NCBI RefSeq assembly: GCF_037042905.1
Contig: NC_087245.1
Location: forward strand, 39,992,001 to 40,056,000
Length of the DNA: 64,000 nucleotides
Direction of reading: 5' to 3'
DNA from: Lytechinus pictus
Taxonomy: Eukaryota
Shown here: positions 1 to 11,967 of the stretch, in pieces
How positions within the stretch are numbered: the first letter of the stretch is position 1
How the letters are laid out: each line of letters starts with the position of its first letter
Position numbers and translations under genes: made by a program
Notes under the pieces: generated by a model
What the model saw: only the letters and a program-made list of their open reading frames with translations
What the model was told of the DNA's origin: nothing
Databases searched by the model: none

Positions 1-271
1 TTCAAGGTACATACATGTATAATATAATTCTCAAACTACACTTTGAAGCATTAAAGGCTGCTACATGTATTACTTTTCAATCGCACCCAAACTTGTAAGT
101 TCTAACAAAGTACAAAGATAGTGTAGTAGGTTTCACAGTACACCATGTACCTTTCTTGGGCAAGTGTAGGTCCTGAAAGGACCACCCAATCTCGACGTTT
201 CGAAAGAAATCTAATTATACACTTTTGCAGCAATTTTCTTTAAAAAACAAAAACTAAAAAGTAAACCATTG

Positions 272-508
272 CACTGCAAAAACCCCGGTGTTGATTTGAC
301 ACCAGTCCAGAATCTATATAATTGAAATATATAGTTGAAACAACACCAGTTTGGAATCAAACCGATGCTGTTTTAATACTAATTGGTGTTGTATAAACAC
401 CTTTCTGGTGTTACACCAAAACGGAACTGGTGTTGTTGAACACTTCTCTGGTGTGGACATATATAGATTCCGGGCTGGTGTCAAATCAACACCGGAGTTA
501 TTGCAGTG
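272..508. mobile_element. MITE with CACTG termini (CACTA/EnSpm-like, non-autonomous)
   Basis: CACTGCAAAAACCCCGGTGTTGATTTGACACCAG is mirrored by CTGGTGTCAAATCAACACCGGAGTTATTGCAGTG; TG flanks both ends (2-bp TSD). Confidence 0.7.
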
Positions 509-874
509 TGAGTGTCAAGGTATATCTGCACAGCTTTCGGTACAAAGGTTGTAAAAAAATATTTCAGCAAATCATCTTTCTTTCTAATAAAGTTTGTTTA
601 AAAAAAACATCACAAGAGCCATTGCACAACTATTTAGCCCCCCCCCCAAAAAAAAAATAATAATAATAACACTTATGAAATTAAGACACATTAAAAATTT
701 TTGGTTTGGTTTTGACTCAAACAATGGAATGCAAAATAACCTGGGGTTCAAACTTCAAAACAAAAATTCATTGAAATTGAAGACTGGACATGTTGCTAAG
801 CAAAGCCAGCCTGCATGGCTGTGTTACATGAAATATCATTTAAGAAACTAAAATCTCAACTTGTGAAACTAGAC

Positions 875-1552
875 TCAAGAAACTTTGAGGTTGCTAATGA
901 GCTTTGAGGCTAGCTCAACATCGCTTCGATGTCGACTGAGTCCATCATCGATACGAAGACGTTCTAAGTGAATATCGTCCAGAGACTTTGACCGGTGAAG
1001 GTGGATCTCTGGAACGGTCAGTGATCCTTTACTCGCCACCTCACTACTGGGACGCCGATGTTTCTGACCATTCCCATTGCAATCTACCTGTGGGTCTTCT
1101 AAAAACACATCGTCCTCGAAACCAGTTGACAGGTATGGTCTACCCTTCCGTGAACTCGACGCCTTTGATCTGTGCGAGCGAGGAAGAGCATACGGCTTCT
1201 TCTGACACCGCCTCGGGGGTCTGTGAGTCCTTACGACACGATGTTCGTTGACAAGGAAAGAAGAGTACGGTCTGGATGCACTGGTGCTCTTTTCTGCTTC
1301 GACTACACCGTTCTCTGCACTGCTGCTACTAGGTGTCACCACTGGACGCCCGTGTTTGGCCAAGACGGAACCAACACACGTGACAAACTGGGTGTTCATT
1401 TTGACGATGTGGAAGCTTGGGGCCTGTGACGACGATGCAGCATTGTTCATATTGTTTTCGTTTTGCGACACCCGCTCTTTCAAATACTCTTTCCTGCTCT
1501 CTGTTACTATACTGAGCATGCCCAGTTCATTGAGTGCAGCATCTAAATCCAT
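875..1552 (-). CDS. MACIR: MACIR/C5orf30 (UNC119-binding protein)-like protein, 225 aa, single coding exon
   Basis: ATG at 1552, an in-frame upstream TGA, and a splice acceptor (CCTTTTTACAG) just 5' of 1595. Three colinear motifs match human C5orf30 as I recall it: SFHIVKMNTQFV~GYQILHMDSNYL; RVVRTH..KPYALP~RLYKTR..QPYEIP; HRSKSLDDIHLERL..DVELASKLISNLKV~AHSKSLDYLNLDKM..DTEVLQYQLQHLTL. Confidence 0.72.
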   Translation of the reverse strand: MDLDAALNELGMLSIVTESRKEYLKERVSQNENNMNNAASSSQAPSFHIVKMNTQFVTCVGSVLAKHGRPVVTPSSSSAENGVVEAEKSTSASRPYSSFLVNEHRVVRTHRPPRRCQKKPYALPRSHRSKASSSRKGRPYLSTGFEDDVFLEDPQVDCNGNGQKHRRPSSEVASKGSLTVPEIHLHRSKSLDDIHLERLRIDDGLSRHRSDVELASKLISNLKVS

Positions 1553-1969
1553 ATTCCTCAAACTCGACTCCAGAGCTCAGCAGTTTTCTGATCGCCTGTA
1601 AAAAGGAAGCATAGAGAGAGGGAGATTCTGAAATATTTGAAAAATTCTTTTTCATACGAACAGTTTGGAACGGACTCATTACATCCTGAAAACGACAAAA
1701 CAAATCATATTTTCATTCAAAGGGAAAATCGTGCTTTGAAAAATGTGAAAATAATATCAATTGTGAGTTTCAAGTTTTATGTTAAGCAAGAAGATCACTT
1801 ACATATTTGCAAAGGATGTTCTAGATCTAAAAGCATGACTTATATTTAGGCTTGGGACAAATACTCCTTTTGCCATCCAATTGTTCGCCAGGGTAAAAAC
1901 AATCAAATACTTTGAACAGTTGAGACTCCCGGATCATCAGAAAATTTAAAAAATACTTCAACCCATTCA

Positions 1970-2442
1970 CCCGGGGGGGGGGGGGGGGGGGAGGGGCACT
2001 CACATATATTGGTGGTACGGGGATGTGCCGCTTTGAAAGCCCCCTTTACCAGACCTAATTTTCAGTTCTCTAGATACTCTGAATGACAAGTTCCGTTCAG
2101 AAGCCGCCCCACCCCACTCGCAAGACCCCCGTTACGAAACATCTCGGTTCCCTTGCCCTGCCAAAATTGTCCAGCGTGAGCTTCACATGCGAGAGCTGCC
2201 CGCATGGCTTCACAAGTCCCTCTTCTAGCAGCTCTATGCACCGCTAGCGCCCATATATACATGCACAGCACTAGCGTGCACCGTACCTACTGTACCGCGA
2301 TCCCGTTCCGTAGACCGTTTTTCACACCGCCCAGTATATATTCAGTTCCCAAGACCCTGTATTTTACCCTTGCGGTCAGTTCCTCAGACCCCCATTTCAG
2401 AAAAAAATTCAAAAAATAATTTGAGTGCCCCCCCCCCCCCGG
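1970..2442. mobile_element. MITE family A: CCCGGGG..GCACTCA termini, 8-bp TSD
   Basis: TIR GGGGCACTCA/TGAGTGCCCC; flanks CCCATTCA/CCTATTCA; inverted homolog at 57588-58062. Confidence 0.85.
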
Positions 2443-2628
2443 CCTATTCACAGGACCATTGTCTGCTGCACTGCATAGTTGGAAAATAAAAATGCTTGTT
2501 TTCCGACGATCCATGGAAAAGGTAGAAATCGAAGCATGTTTTCATGCCACTTTTCTCGCCCATGCATCAAATCCTATTTTACACATGATGTCTCATATGA
2601 AAGAAGAAAAGATGGATATTTAAATTGA

Positions 2629-3223
2629 AGGTTAAGTCCACCTCATAAAAGTGTTGATTTGAATCAATAGAGAAAAAATCAGACAAGCATAATGCTGAAA
2701 ATTTCATCAAATCGGATGTAAAATAAGAAAGTTATGACACTTTAAAGTTTTGCTTACTTTTCACAAAATAGTTATACAGTATGCACAATTTAGTCACATG
2801 CGAATGAGAGAATCAATGATGTCCCTCACTCACTATTTCCTTTGTTTTTTATTGTTCGAATTAAACATTATTTCACTTTTTGCAGATTTGACAAAAAGGA
2901 CCAACTTGACTGAACCATAAAATGTTAAGCAATGGTAATTCAACACGTTCAGGGAGAAATAAAACTTTGTTTCACAGGACAATGAGGAGAAAATTAGAAT
3001 ATTTCATATAATAAAATACAAAAGAAATAGTGAGTGAATGATGTCATCAGTTCCCTCATTTGCATACCGACCGGGATGTGCATATAACTGTTTTGTGAAA
3101 TTAAGCTTTAAAGTGTCATAACTTTCTTATTTTACATCCGATTTTGATGAAATTTTCAGTGTTATGCTTGTTGGATTTTCTCTTTTTATTCATATCAAAT
3201 TTTTGTTGGGGTGGACTTGTCCT
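2629..3223. mobile_element. Long-TIR MITE flanked by TTAA (Kolobok-like)
   Basis: More than 100 bp of terminal inverted repeat (..ATCGGATGTAAAATAAGAAAGTTATGAC); ends GGACTTGTCCT|TTAA; second copy at 48921-49488. Confidence 0.8.
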
Positions 3224-3833
3224 TTAAGAACTTTGTTTTCTGAATAGATACATGTAGCAGTTATGGCCCGAAAAACAATCTGTCAAATACCAATCTCGCA
3301 AAAGTTCCATTTCAGTTTATTATAAAAGACAATGAACAGAATTTAATTTCTAATAAAGTAATTTATCTAAATATGACCTTCGACCTTGACCCAGTGACAA
3401 TAATTATAATTTTAGCAGATAAACGTCATATTTCGCTCACTACTTTCGATCCGAGACCAACATGGTAAACATTTGCCATGTTGCCCCCCCCCCCCCCCTC
3501 CTGGGTTTTGCCCATCCTGTACAACACAGAGGGCAATATTGGCCATATTTCTGCTATCTGGCTGGAACCAGTTTATGAACCAACGCATTGTAGATAATGC
3601 ACGGCACGACTAGTGCGTACACAAACCCAAGCGCAAGATTTTTACGTGTTAAGTGTATGCGTGCGATTGCAGGTAACATTTTACGTCACAATTGCTTAAA
3701 TTATTAAGGGTTCCTTCGATAAGTTTGTGAATAACCTGAAATCAGAAGACTGTAATAGTGATAAGCAAACAGGCATATAAATTGTTCCAAACAATAGCTT
3801 GAATTACACATTGTACAGCCTTAGGTAATGATA

Positions 3834-3982
3834 ATAATATTGACTGGCTGCTCTTTCGGGAAACATCAAATATGTTGCCCTTAAAAGAACCATATTATAT
3901 TGCCCTTATCTAAAGATTTGGGCCAATAAGATTCTGTTGCGGGTGACATATTTGATGTTCCCTCAAGGCCAGTCAATATTAT
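3834..3982. repeat. Short fold-back element
   Basis: ATAATATTGACTGGC..AACATCAAATATGT is mirrored by ACATATTTGATGTT..GCCAGTCAATATTAT. Confidence 0.6.
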
Positions 3983-4412
3983 GTATCAAATGATGGACAG
4001 TGAAAACAATTACATTTATATCAAAATTTAACCGAGTTTATCAATTTCAAATTCATCCTGAATAATCTTGAATTTTTGGTTCAGTATTTTATACGTTGAC
4101 ACCAGTTCATTGAGTGACCCCAAATGACCTTTGACCTTGTCCTAGTGACCTGAAATTACAGTCATCTTTTTGCCCATACTTGATAGCCATTATTGTAGGT
4201 TTTATGGACATGTAAGGACTTATACTTTCAAAGTCATTTAAAAAATTCAAAATCTTAACCTTGGTTAAGTATTTGTTATTGATACTGTAGGGATTGATTT
4301 ATTATTTATTTATTTATCTATTCATGTTTAGGAATCATCCCTTTTTCCAATAGAACACCCCTCATTAATATTCACACTTTTCATACTTAACTTCCCAATC
4401 CTTCATGTACAG

Positions 4413-5223
4413 GGGTGGTATTCTGAGATCCATTTTATCTCAGATAAAATAAAATATTTTATCTCCGTTAAAATCAGTAAGATAAAATACCCTTAAAATC
4501 TCTCCGAATTGGTATTCTGAGAACAATTTTATCTTCATTTTATCTCTGTAAGACACACCTATTTTGTAATCAATATCCAATAAGAAACACGCTTTTATAG
4601 CTCTCTCATATCACTCAACCAATGGAAATCCATTCCGCTAAGAGGTGTGGCGAAGAGGTGAGATTGCGTCAATTTATTGACTTCAATACGCTTGCACTAT
4701 ACGCTTGCACGTCTTTACAGAGATTTCTTTTTAACAAAAATGGCAATACTCTCATCTTTTTTTCGAAGTCTATATCGCATCTTTTCAAGCATCATTTCAA
4801 AGACAATATTAGTGAAGAAAAGTCTTATGAAATGCTTCCTGATTGTACAGGAATAACTTTAAGGTGTTGTTCTCAATGAATATATCATTTTTCTTAATTT
4901 TCATGCCAACATTTGGAGTTAATTCACTTAAAAATATTGACGAAATCAATGTCGCGGAGATAAAATAGCCCCTACCCTCTTTTAAGTTTATTTTATTTTT
5001 TCTTCAAAGTAACTTGGGCGCAAGCACATCACCCGCGTTGCATGGTATGTCTACGCAGCCACTGCTCTGTTGCGTATCATCATAGATACGCAAGATAAAA
5101 TTTATACGCAAGATAAAATTGTAGATTTAATCTGAGAGATAAAATGTCATCTCAGAATACCAATTTCATTTTAAGAGATAAAATAAAATATTTTAAAGAT
5201 AAAATGACCTCAGAATACCGCCC
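4413..5223. mobile_element. PIF/Harbinger-like MITE
   Basis: TIR GGGTGGTATTCTGAG / CTCAGAATACCGCCC, CAG on both flanks (3-bp TSD), many subterminal AGATAAAAT motifs. Confidence 0.8.
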
Positions 5224-5647
5224 CAGCTCTCTAGCACATCAGTACACTCCTCACACAAGGTTCTTTTGTATCAAAACTACACCATCCATCATACAGCTAT
5301 CTTCACTCCTCTCTCTCTCTTTCTCTCCTTTCACCTCTCCCTTTCTGATTGGTTCCAATGTTTAGTAGATGCAGTGAAGCTTAGATGATCATTTGCATAT
5401 AGATTGAATATCTTTTGCTTGTATATTTGAATATTCAGTTATACTTTGTAATATAAATTTGCATTTCTATGAATATTGATGTGCCTTTAACTATTAATTT
5501 GCATGGAATGTTGCCTAGAATGCAAAAGGCTTGGAGTGATGAAAAACTGGGTGTTGGCCAGTAAGTTCTCAACATGATAACATGTCTGCTGGGCTGCCTC
5601 AGTGTTTAGAGTACTAGAATCGGGTTAATTGTCAGAACCGCGATACT

Positions 5648-6167
5648 CCCGGGGGGGCCACTTCCATTGATGAGTGGATACCATGCGCGACCATGGGGTC
5701 TCGGAAAGCACCCTAAACACGTATTTTCCATATTCTGAAATTTATGCACTCCTTAACAAGTATTGGAAACAAAACGATACGCTTGGCAAGTATTCCCTGA
5801 ATTGAACCCCTAAACAAGTATAGCGATATTTTAATTTGTTATGTCACAGACGTCGGCCGTCGGTTTTCCTACATCATATGGCCCCACCTCCCACACCTCG
5901 CGCAAATCGTACTCTAAACACGTAGTGTTGGGGCAAAAGGGACATCCTTTATAAGAAACATTATAGTCTTTTTTTACCCTCGCAAATTTGACCCTAAACA
6001 CGTAGCTTCCATAGCAAAATAGATACCCTTTTTTCATTATTTTAGTGTTTTTGACACCCTTAATACGTTAGGTATGTAACGTGCCCTATCTCGAAAAAGA
6101 CATCCTTTTTACGTGTTTTTTGGGTCGCGCATGGTATCCACTCGTCAATGTAAATGGCCCCCCCTGG
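5648..6167. mobile_element. MITE family B: CCCGGGGGGGCCACTT termini, 8-bp TSD
   Basis: ~45-bp TIR GGCCACTTCCATTGATGAGTGGATACCATGCGCGACC; flanks GCGATACT/CCGATACT; further copies at 9254-9815 and 29243-30730. Confidence 0.88.
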
Positions 6168-6214
6168 CCGATACTACAATACCATAACATGACCAAAGCT
6201 TATTGACCCAAAAT

Positions 6215-6685
6215 CCCGGGGGGGGGGGGGGGCACTCAGTATATAATGCATAGTGGGAATGTGCCGCGGAGGGGACCCCCATTTTTACACTCAAATTTCT
6301 GTTCCAGGGCATAGCATTTTCATCTTATTGAGAAAAAGAACTAAGAAAGCCGCTCCGAAGCATAGCATTTTCTTCTTATCGAGAGAAAAGAAGAAAAAAT
6401 CTGCTCCAAGCTTCGCATATTTTTCGTTACGCCGTTCCGGTCGCATTGATCCGCCACGATGAGCTGCAATTTTGGTGAAAAGCGGCCGCAGAGCGCTGTC
6501 CAACCATCGCCTCTGCGCGAGCGCACCCGGGCCACTGGGCTAGCTGCATACACGTATGCCCGTTCCATCGGGATGCACACGCAGGCGACCCGTTCCAAGG
6601 ACCCCCGTTTTCACAAACATTTGTAATTCTGAAGCCCATTCCGAGGACCCTCCTTTTTACAATAAGTCCGCTCCAAGGCCCCCGG
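6215..6685. mobile_element. Truncated relative of MITE family A
   Basis: Starts CCCGGGG..GCACTCA..ATGTGCCGC like the 1970 element; no right TIR found. Confidence 0.55.
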
Positions 6686-6870
6686 TTTTATAATCTTGAT
6701 TATCCTGTATTTTAAGTGATAGGAACCTTTGCTGATGATGCCAACATCACTGCTGCCCTAAAAATGTCTCTCTCCTGCTATACAGTCTAGTAAAAAAGTC
6801 ATGGATTAATCAAAACGCTGATTTTCACTATTAAGGTGACTTTAAATAGGAATGATGAGTGACCGCTTCA

Positions 6871-8785
6871 AAAACAAGAGTGTCGCTAAGGCAAGCACAT
6901 AATACGCCCGTCACGGAAAACACGGAAAATGGAGTTATTGGTCAAGCAAGAAAAGTGGAAGGTGGCGACTTCACCTTTGACCTTCTGACCTCAAAATTAA
7001 TGGAATTGCTAGGATCTATGCTAGTATCATACACACCAAATTATCTGAGCCTAGGTTAAGTTCAACTAAAATTATTGCGTTAACAATGACTTCAGAAGGG
7101 TAAGATGAAAACATGTCACTGTGATCTTGACCTTTGACCGCCCTGGGACCTATGCTTGTATCATACATACCAAATTATATGAGCCTAGGTTAAGCTAAAC
7201 TGAAGTTATCACATTTACAGGGACTGCATAAGGGTAAGATGAAAATATGTCACTGTGACCTTGACTTTTGACCTAAAAATCAATAGGCTTCCTGGGATCC
7301 ATGCTAGTATCATACATACCAAATTATGAGCCTACGTTAAGTCAAACTGAAGTTATCGCGTTTACAAGGACTGCAGAAGGGGTAAAGATGAAAATAAACC
7401 CCTCAAAAAAAGTTTGGAAATCTGAGTTTGGCCATTAATATCTCCCAACTCCCAATTTTACACAATGCATATTTGACATCATTCAAAAGATCATTTATTT
7501 TCCTTTAAAATGATACCATGCTTGTTATGATCATGCCATCACGAAACGAGCAGGATTGAAAAGTGTTGGATGAGGTCCGTATGAAAAAGCTGCAAAACGA
7601 GCAAAAAAATTTGGAAATCTGAGTTTGGCCATTAATATCTCCCAACTCCCAATTTTACACAATGCATATTTGACATCATTCAAAAGATCATTTAATTCTC
7701 TTTAAAATGATATCATGCTTGTTATGATTATACCATCACGAAAAGCAGGATCCAAAAGTGTTGGATGAGGTCTGAATTGAAAAGCTGCAAAGCGAGCAGA
7801 AATAGTCATGAAGGGTCGATACAGAACATGATTCTTTTGTCTGTGTCAATCATGTCAATAGAGATGAAATCCATTCAAAACAAGCCCCTGCTTCTTCAAT
7901 TTTATGTCTTGTGTGTTTGATTCCATGTTAATGTTGATGTTAAGGTGCATGAAAACAATTAAAAGAAACCGCTGAGAAACTCACTCATCACCACGGAAAA
8001 AGAACATTTTGCAACTTTAAAAAATTGACGTTGCCCCACATTTCAAGGCACTGCACCTCCATGTGAACGATAATCATATCATGTAGGGTATCATTTTAAA
8101 GAGAATTAAATAATCTATTCATTGTTATCAATAACACATTGATATTACTACAACCGAGGAGGGATTATTGCTCAAAGTCAAAGGAAACCGCTGAGAAACT
8201 CACTCATCACCACAGAAAAAAGAACAGTGACCTTCAATATTGTGTCATTTCGCAACTTTTGAATTTTGACCTTGCCCCACATTTCAAGGCACTGCACCTT
8301 CATGTTAACCATAATCATATCATGTAGGGTATCATTTTAAAGAAAATTATATGATCTATTCATTGATATTAATTACATATTGATATTTATTAAAACCGAG
8401 GAGGGATTATCCATCAAATTCAGATTTCCAAACTTTTTTTGAGGATTTTATGTCACTGTGACTTTGACGTTTGGACCTTAAAATCTATAGGCTTCCTGGG
8501 ATCCATGCTAGTATCATACATACCAAATTATATGAGCCTAGGTTAAGTTAAACTGAAGTTATCGGGTTTACAAGGACTGCAGAAGGGTAAGATGAAAATA
8601 TGTCATGTGACCTTGACCTTTTGACCACAAAATCAAAAGGCTTCCTGGGATCCATGCTAGTATCATACACACCAAATTATATGAGCCTAGGTCAAGTCAA
8701 ACTGAAGTTATCGCGTTTACAAGGAAAAGTTAACGGACAGACGGATGAACACTGAGCGTGATACCATAATACGTCCCGTCTATGA
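6871..8785 (-). mobile_element. Helentron/HINE-like non-autonomous element with internal tandem repeats, interrupted by a nested MITE
   Basis: AAAACAAGAG end with a short hairpin; ATAATACG(T)CCCGTC near both ends; GACG/GACA microsatellite remnant at ~8735; about five ~130-150 bp units containing TGACCTTGACCTTT and GCTAGTATCATACA.ACCAAATTA. Confidence 0.65.
7397..8448. mobile_element. TA-flanked MITE (Tc1/mariner-like) nested in the HINE-like element
   Basis: TIR CCTCAAAAAAAGTTTGGAAATCTGA; splits the host motif GATGAAAATA|TGTCACTG and duplicates TA; internal direct duplications ~7410-7800 and ~7965-8410. Confidence 0.8.
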
Positions 8786-9253
8786 CCCTCGCGCATGCGA
8801 TGTTTTTAAATCGGCAGCGAATTATTTATACGTGTGAAGAACTCCATGTTGGCTCTAAACACCAATCTTTAGGCTAACCGGTAGATGGATATGTAGTGAA
8901 ATTAGGGTGTTCAAAGAAATTAAGCTTTCATTCTTTTTTTATGCCGTTTCGACATATAATTTTTACAATAAATAGGACCTATGCATTTTTTCCAACTTGG
9001 AGCAGAGCGAGTTTTGGACCTTGAGGTTCAGGTAGGTGGAGCGTAGTGTAGCGGTAGTGAAGTGGAGCCTGAACGAACATCACTTGAGCCCGAGGTACTA
9101 TTAACATTAACCGTACAATGAGCATGGTAACATTTTAGACCAAAAGCTTCGGTCTCTGTAATATGTTGGTTGTTCAGCTGAACTCCGTTGGCTTCACTCA
9201 CCAAATACAGAGACCGAAGTTCTAGCGCGATCTGTACAGGGGACTCAATGGCC

Positions 9254-9815
9254 CCCGGGGGGGCCACTTACATTGACGAGTGGATACCATGCGCGACCAA
9301 AAAACACGTAAAAAGGATGTCCTTTTCAAGATAGGGCACGTTACGTACGTAACGTGATAAGGGTGTCAAAAACACAAAAATAATGAAAAAAGGGTATCTA
9401 TTTCGCTAGGAAAGCTACGTGTTTAGGGTCAAATTTGCGGGGATGATAAAACAAAATTAAAATGTTTTATAAAGGATGTCCTTTTTGCCCCAACACTACG
9501 CGTTTAGAGTCCGATTTGCGCGAGATGTGGAAGGTGGGGCCGTACTTAACCAAATGATGTGTAAAGGTAAAACCGACGACCGACGGACCCGTGACATAAC
9601 AATAAAAAATTGCTGTACTTGTTTAGGGGTTCATTTCAGGGAATACTTCCCAAGAGTATCGTTTTGTTCCTATACTTGTTAAGGGTAGGGTTTCACACGC
9701 CAATACTTGTTAAGGGGTGCATTTTCAGAATATGGAAAATACGTGTTTGGGGTGCTTTTCGAGACCCCATGGTCGCGCATGGTATCCACTCATCAATGGA
9801 AGTGGCCCCCCCGGG
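9254..9815. mobile_element. MITE family B copy, inverted relative to 5648
   Basis: CCCGGG termini; perfect 8-bp TSD CAATGGCC. Confidence 0.9.
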
Positions 9816-10059
9816 CAATGGCCATATGTTTATGTGTATTAAGTTCGGATAAAACAGGGCAGTGAAGTTGCGCGACAGCCGAGGTAAGTCACTGTTTTTG
9901 CTCCTTTTAACTTGATTTTCCCCGTTTTTTGGCAATTAATGCCAAGAGGGAATATTAATTTGCATTTCGGTCGCGTTAATTTTCAAAAGTTTGATTCATT
10001 AAAGACAAAAAATGAAGAGCCCCGACGGGGGGATTTTGCATTGTAAGTCCCCTAACACT

Positions 10060-10487
10060 GAGGCGCACGGCCAATATTGGAGACTGTCTCCAATGTGGGA
10101 GATTATCTCCAATATCAGAGACTTTTGTAAAGAATTTGGGTATCCAATTTCAGAGACAGTCTCCAGTTTTGGAGTCCAATTTCCTTTGTTTACATTTGCT
10201 GCAAAAGGATTAACTTGGCGGCAAATAAAAATGTGATAAGCAGATTCCTCATGAAAAATTACAAAAATTCACCGTCTACTTTTGTTTTGATAAGGATTTT
10301 TGTTGTCAATCACACACAAAACAAATGGGCTTCTGACCTCAGTGAGACAAAATTTTGGGTGGAAAAAATCATGCTTTTGTTGGTGTTGTTTCTTTTGTCC
10401 TTTTGCAAAGCAAGTCTCCCATGTGGGAGATTGTCTCCCCTATTGGACTCTTTTGGAGAGAGTCTCCCATTATTGGCCGTGCGCCTC
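10060..10487. mobile_element. MITE with GAG termini (possibly Sola-like)
   Basis: TIR GAGGCGCACGGCCAATA; subterminal GGAGA..TCTCC palindromes; flanks CACT/TACT. Confidence 0.7.
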
Positions 10488-10844
10488 TACTGCCTAATGG
10501 TGGCTGCACGATAGCGAGCTGTCTGTGTACGAGGAGAAATTAAAAAAATAAAAAATGTTAAAAAACTCCTCGAAGCAGACGGCTGCCAGCTGTCTACAGT
10601 CTAGGTAACATTTCTTCTTTTTGTCTTATTCATTGACATCAATCTTCATTAAGTTAAGGGGGTAATATCAAAACATTATCATTGTATCTTTATTATTCAT
10701 AACAAAATCTAAATGTTAAAACTTGATATGATAACCACTAACATTTAACAAGTAAATACTTCATCACCAAATCAAATTTCAAAAGAAAAATAACATTAAC
10801 AAACCCAAAAACCAGTTTATTTGACGTCGTTAGACTAGTCTTAC

Positions 10845-11040
10845 CTGTTTCTTTAACTTTTTCAGTGTTTGTTACTAGTTACTCTGACTCAGTCTAGACT
10901 TGAGCTTACTGCTTAGCTTACCTTTTTTATAAGTTATAGCAGATCCAGACTTTCGTTTCTCTGTTGAATTTTTGAAAGGATGAGTTTTTCTTTTTGAGAG
11001 TGGCTCTGCATTCCCACCACTCATCACCAGTGCAGTACGT
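10845..11040 (-). other. Candidate non-coding 5' exon of the MACIR-like gene
   Basis: Consensus minus-strand donors (AG|GTAAG) at ~10845 and ~10922 in non-repetitive sequence; the coding exon has an acceptor, so an upstream exon must exist. The 5' limit is a guess. Confidence 0.3.
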
Positions 11041-11967
11041 GACCAAGGCAAAGAAAAGCCCTCTACAAAGTACAGGTACAGGTATGCTGCTATATTAGCT
11101 GCGTCCTATGTATAATGTAGTTCCATATGCATTATATTATGAAGCAGCCTGATGAAAACATAAACAGAGCTAGAGCTTATACACAGTGCACCCGTCGCTT
11201 TGGCGCGCTATTGACAATCTTATTATTTCAAAGGGGTGTGTACAATTTCAAAGAGTATATGAATGCCAGTAGAAGTTTTGTAATCTTGAATGAGAATTAT
11301 ATTTTGAATAATTGAATAAAACTATTAAATAATTATTAATCAACTAAGGTTATATTTTTTCATTAATTTCATAATGTTTTGAGCACAGAGTAAAGTAATT
11401 CATATTTGATAATGGAATAGTCCATTACAGCACAGTACATGTGTACAAAACAACATGGTGGTTATTTGGAAGTTTCTCCATTCGAGTCATGCCGATCATG
11501 GACTACGACAGTGTGAATGAAAAGCTGCATTTTGAACATTTAATTATTGGTTTGTAGCTACCAAGTCATACTAGGTGAGATCTTATTGGAGTGTAGTTAT
11601 TTCATGATGATGAAAGTGTTGAAAATGAGCCTTCTTATCCTAATTTTTGTTACATTTGTTGATTAAACTAAGATTCTAAAAAGCGATTGCGAGAACGAGA
11701 GTTTGCGTTTGTGTTGTGACGCATGCCATTCATTCACTCAGTCATGTCAGTGTTTTCACACAAAACAAATTTCCGAAATGCGAAACTCCCAAACTGAATC
11801 CCAAATTTCCCAAAATTCATACTAGAGATCATAGACCTCTAGACATTTCCTGGAATCTTCAAATTTGATTTCTGAAAAAAAAAGACAATATTATAAACCA
11901 AAAGCTTCGGTCTCTGTTAGCCTTGAGAGTTGAGTTGACTGAGGCTGAGCCAGGACTCCATAGCCAT

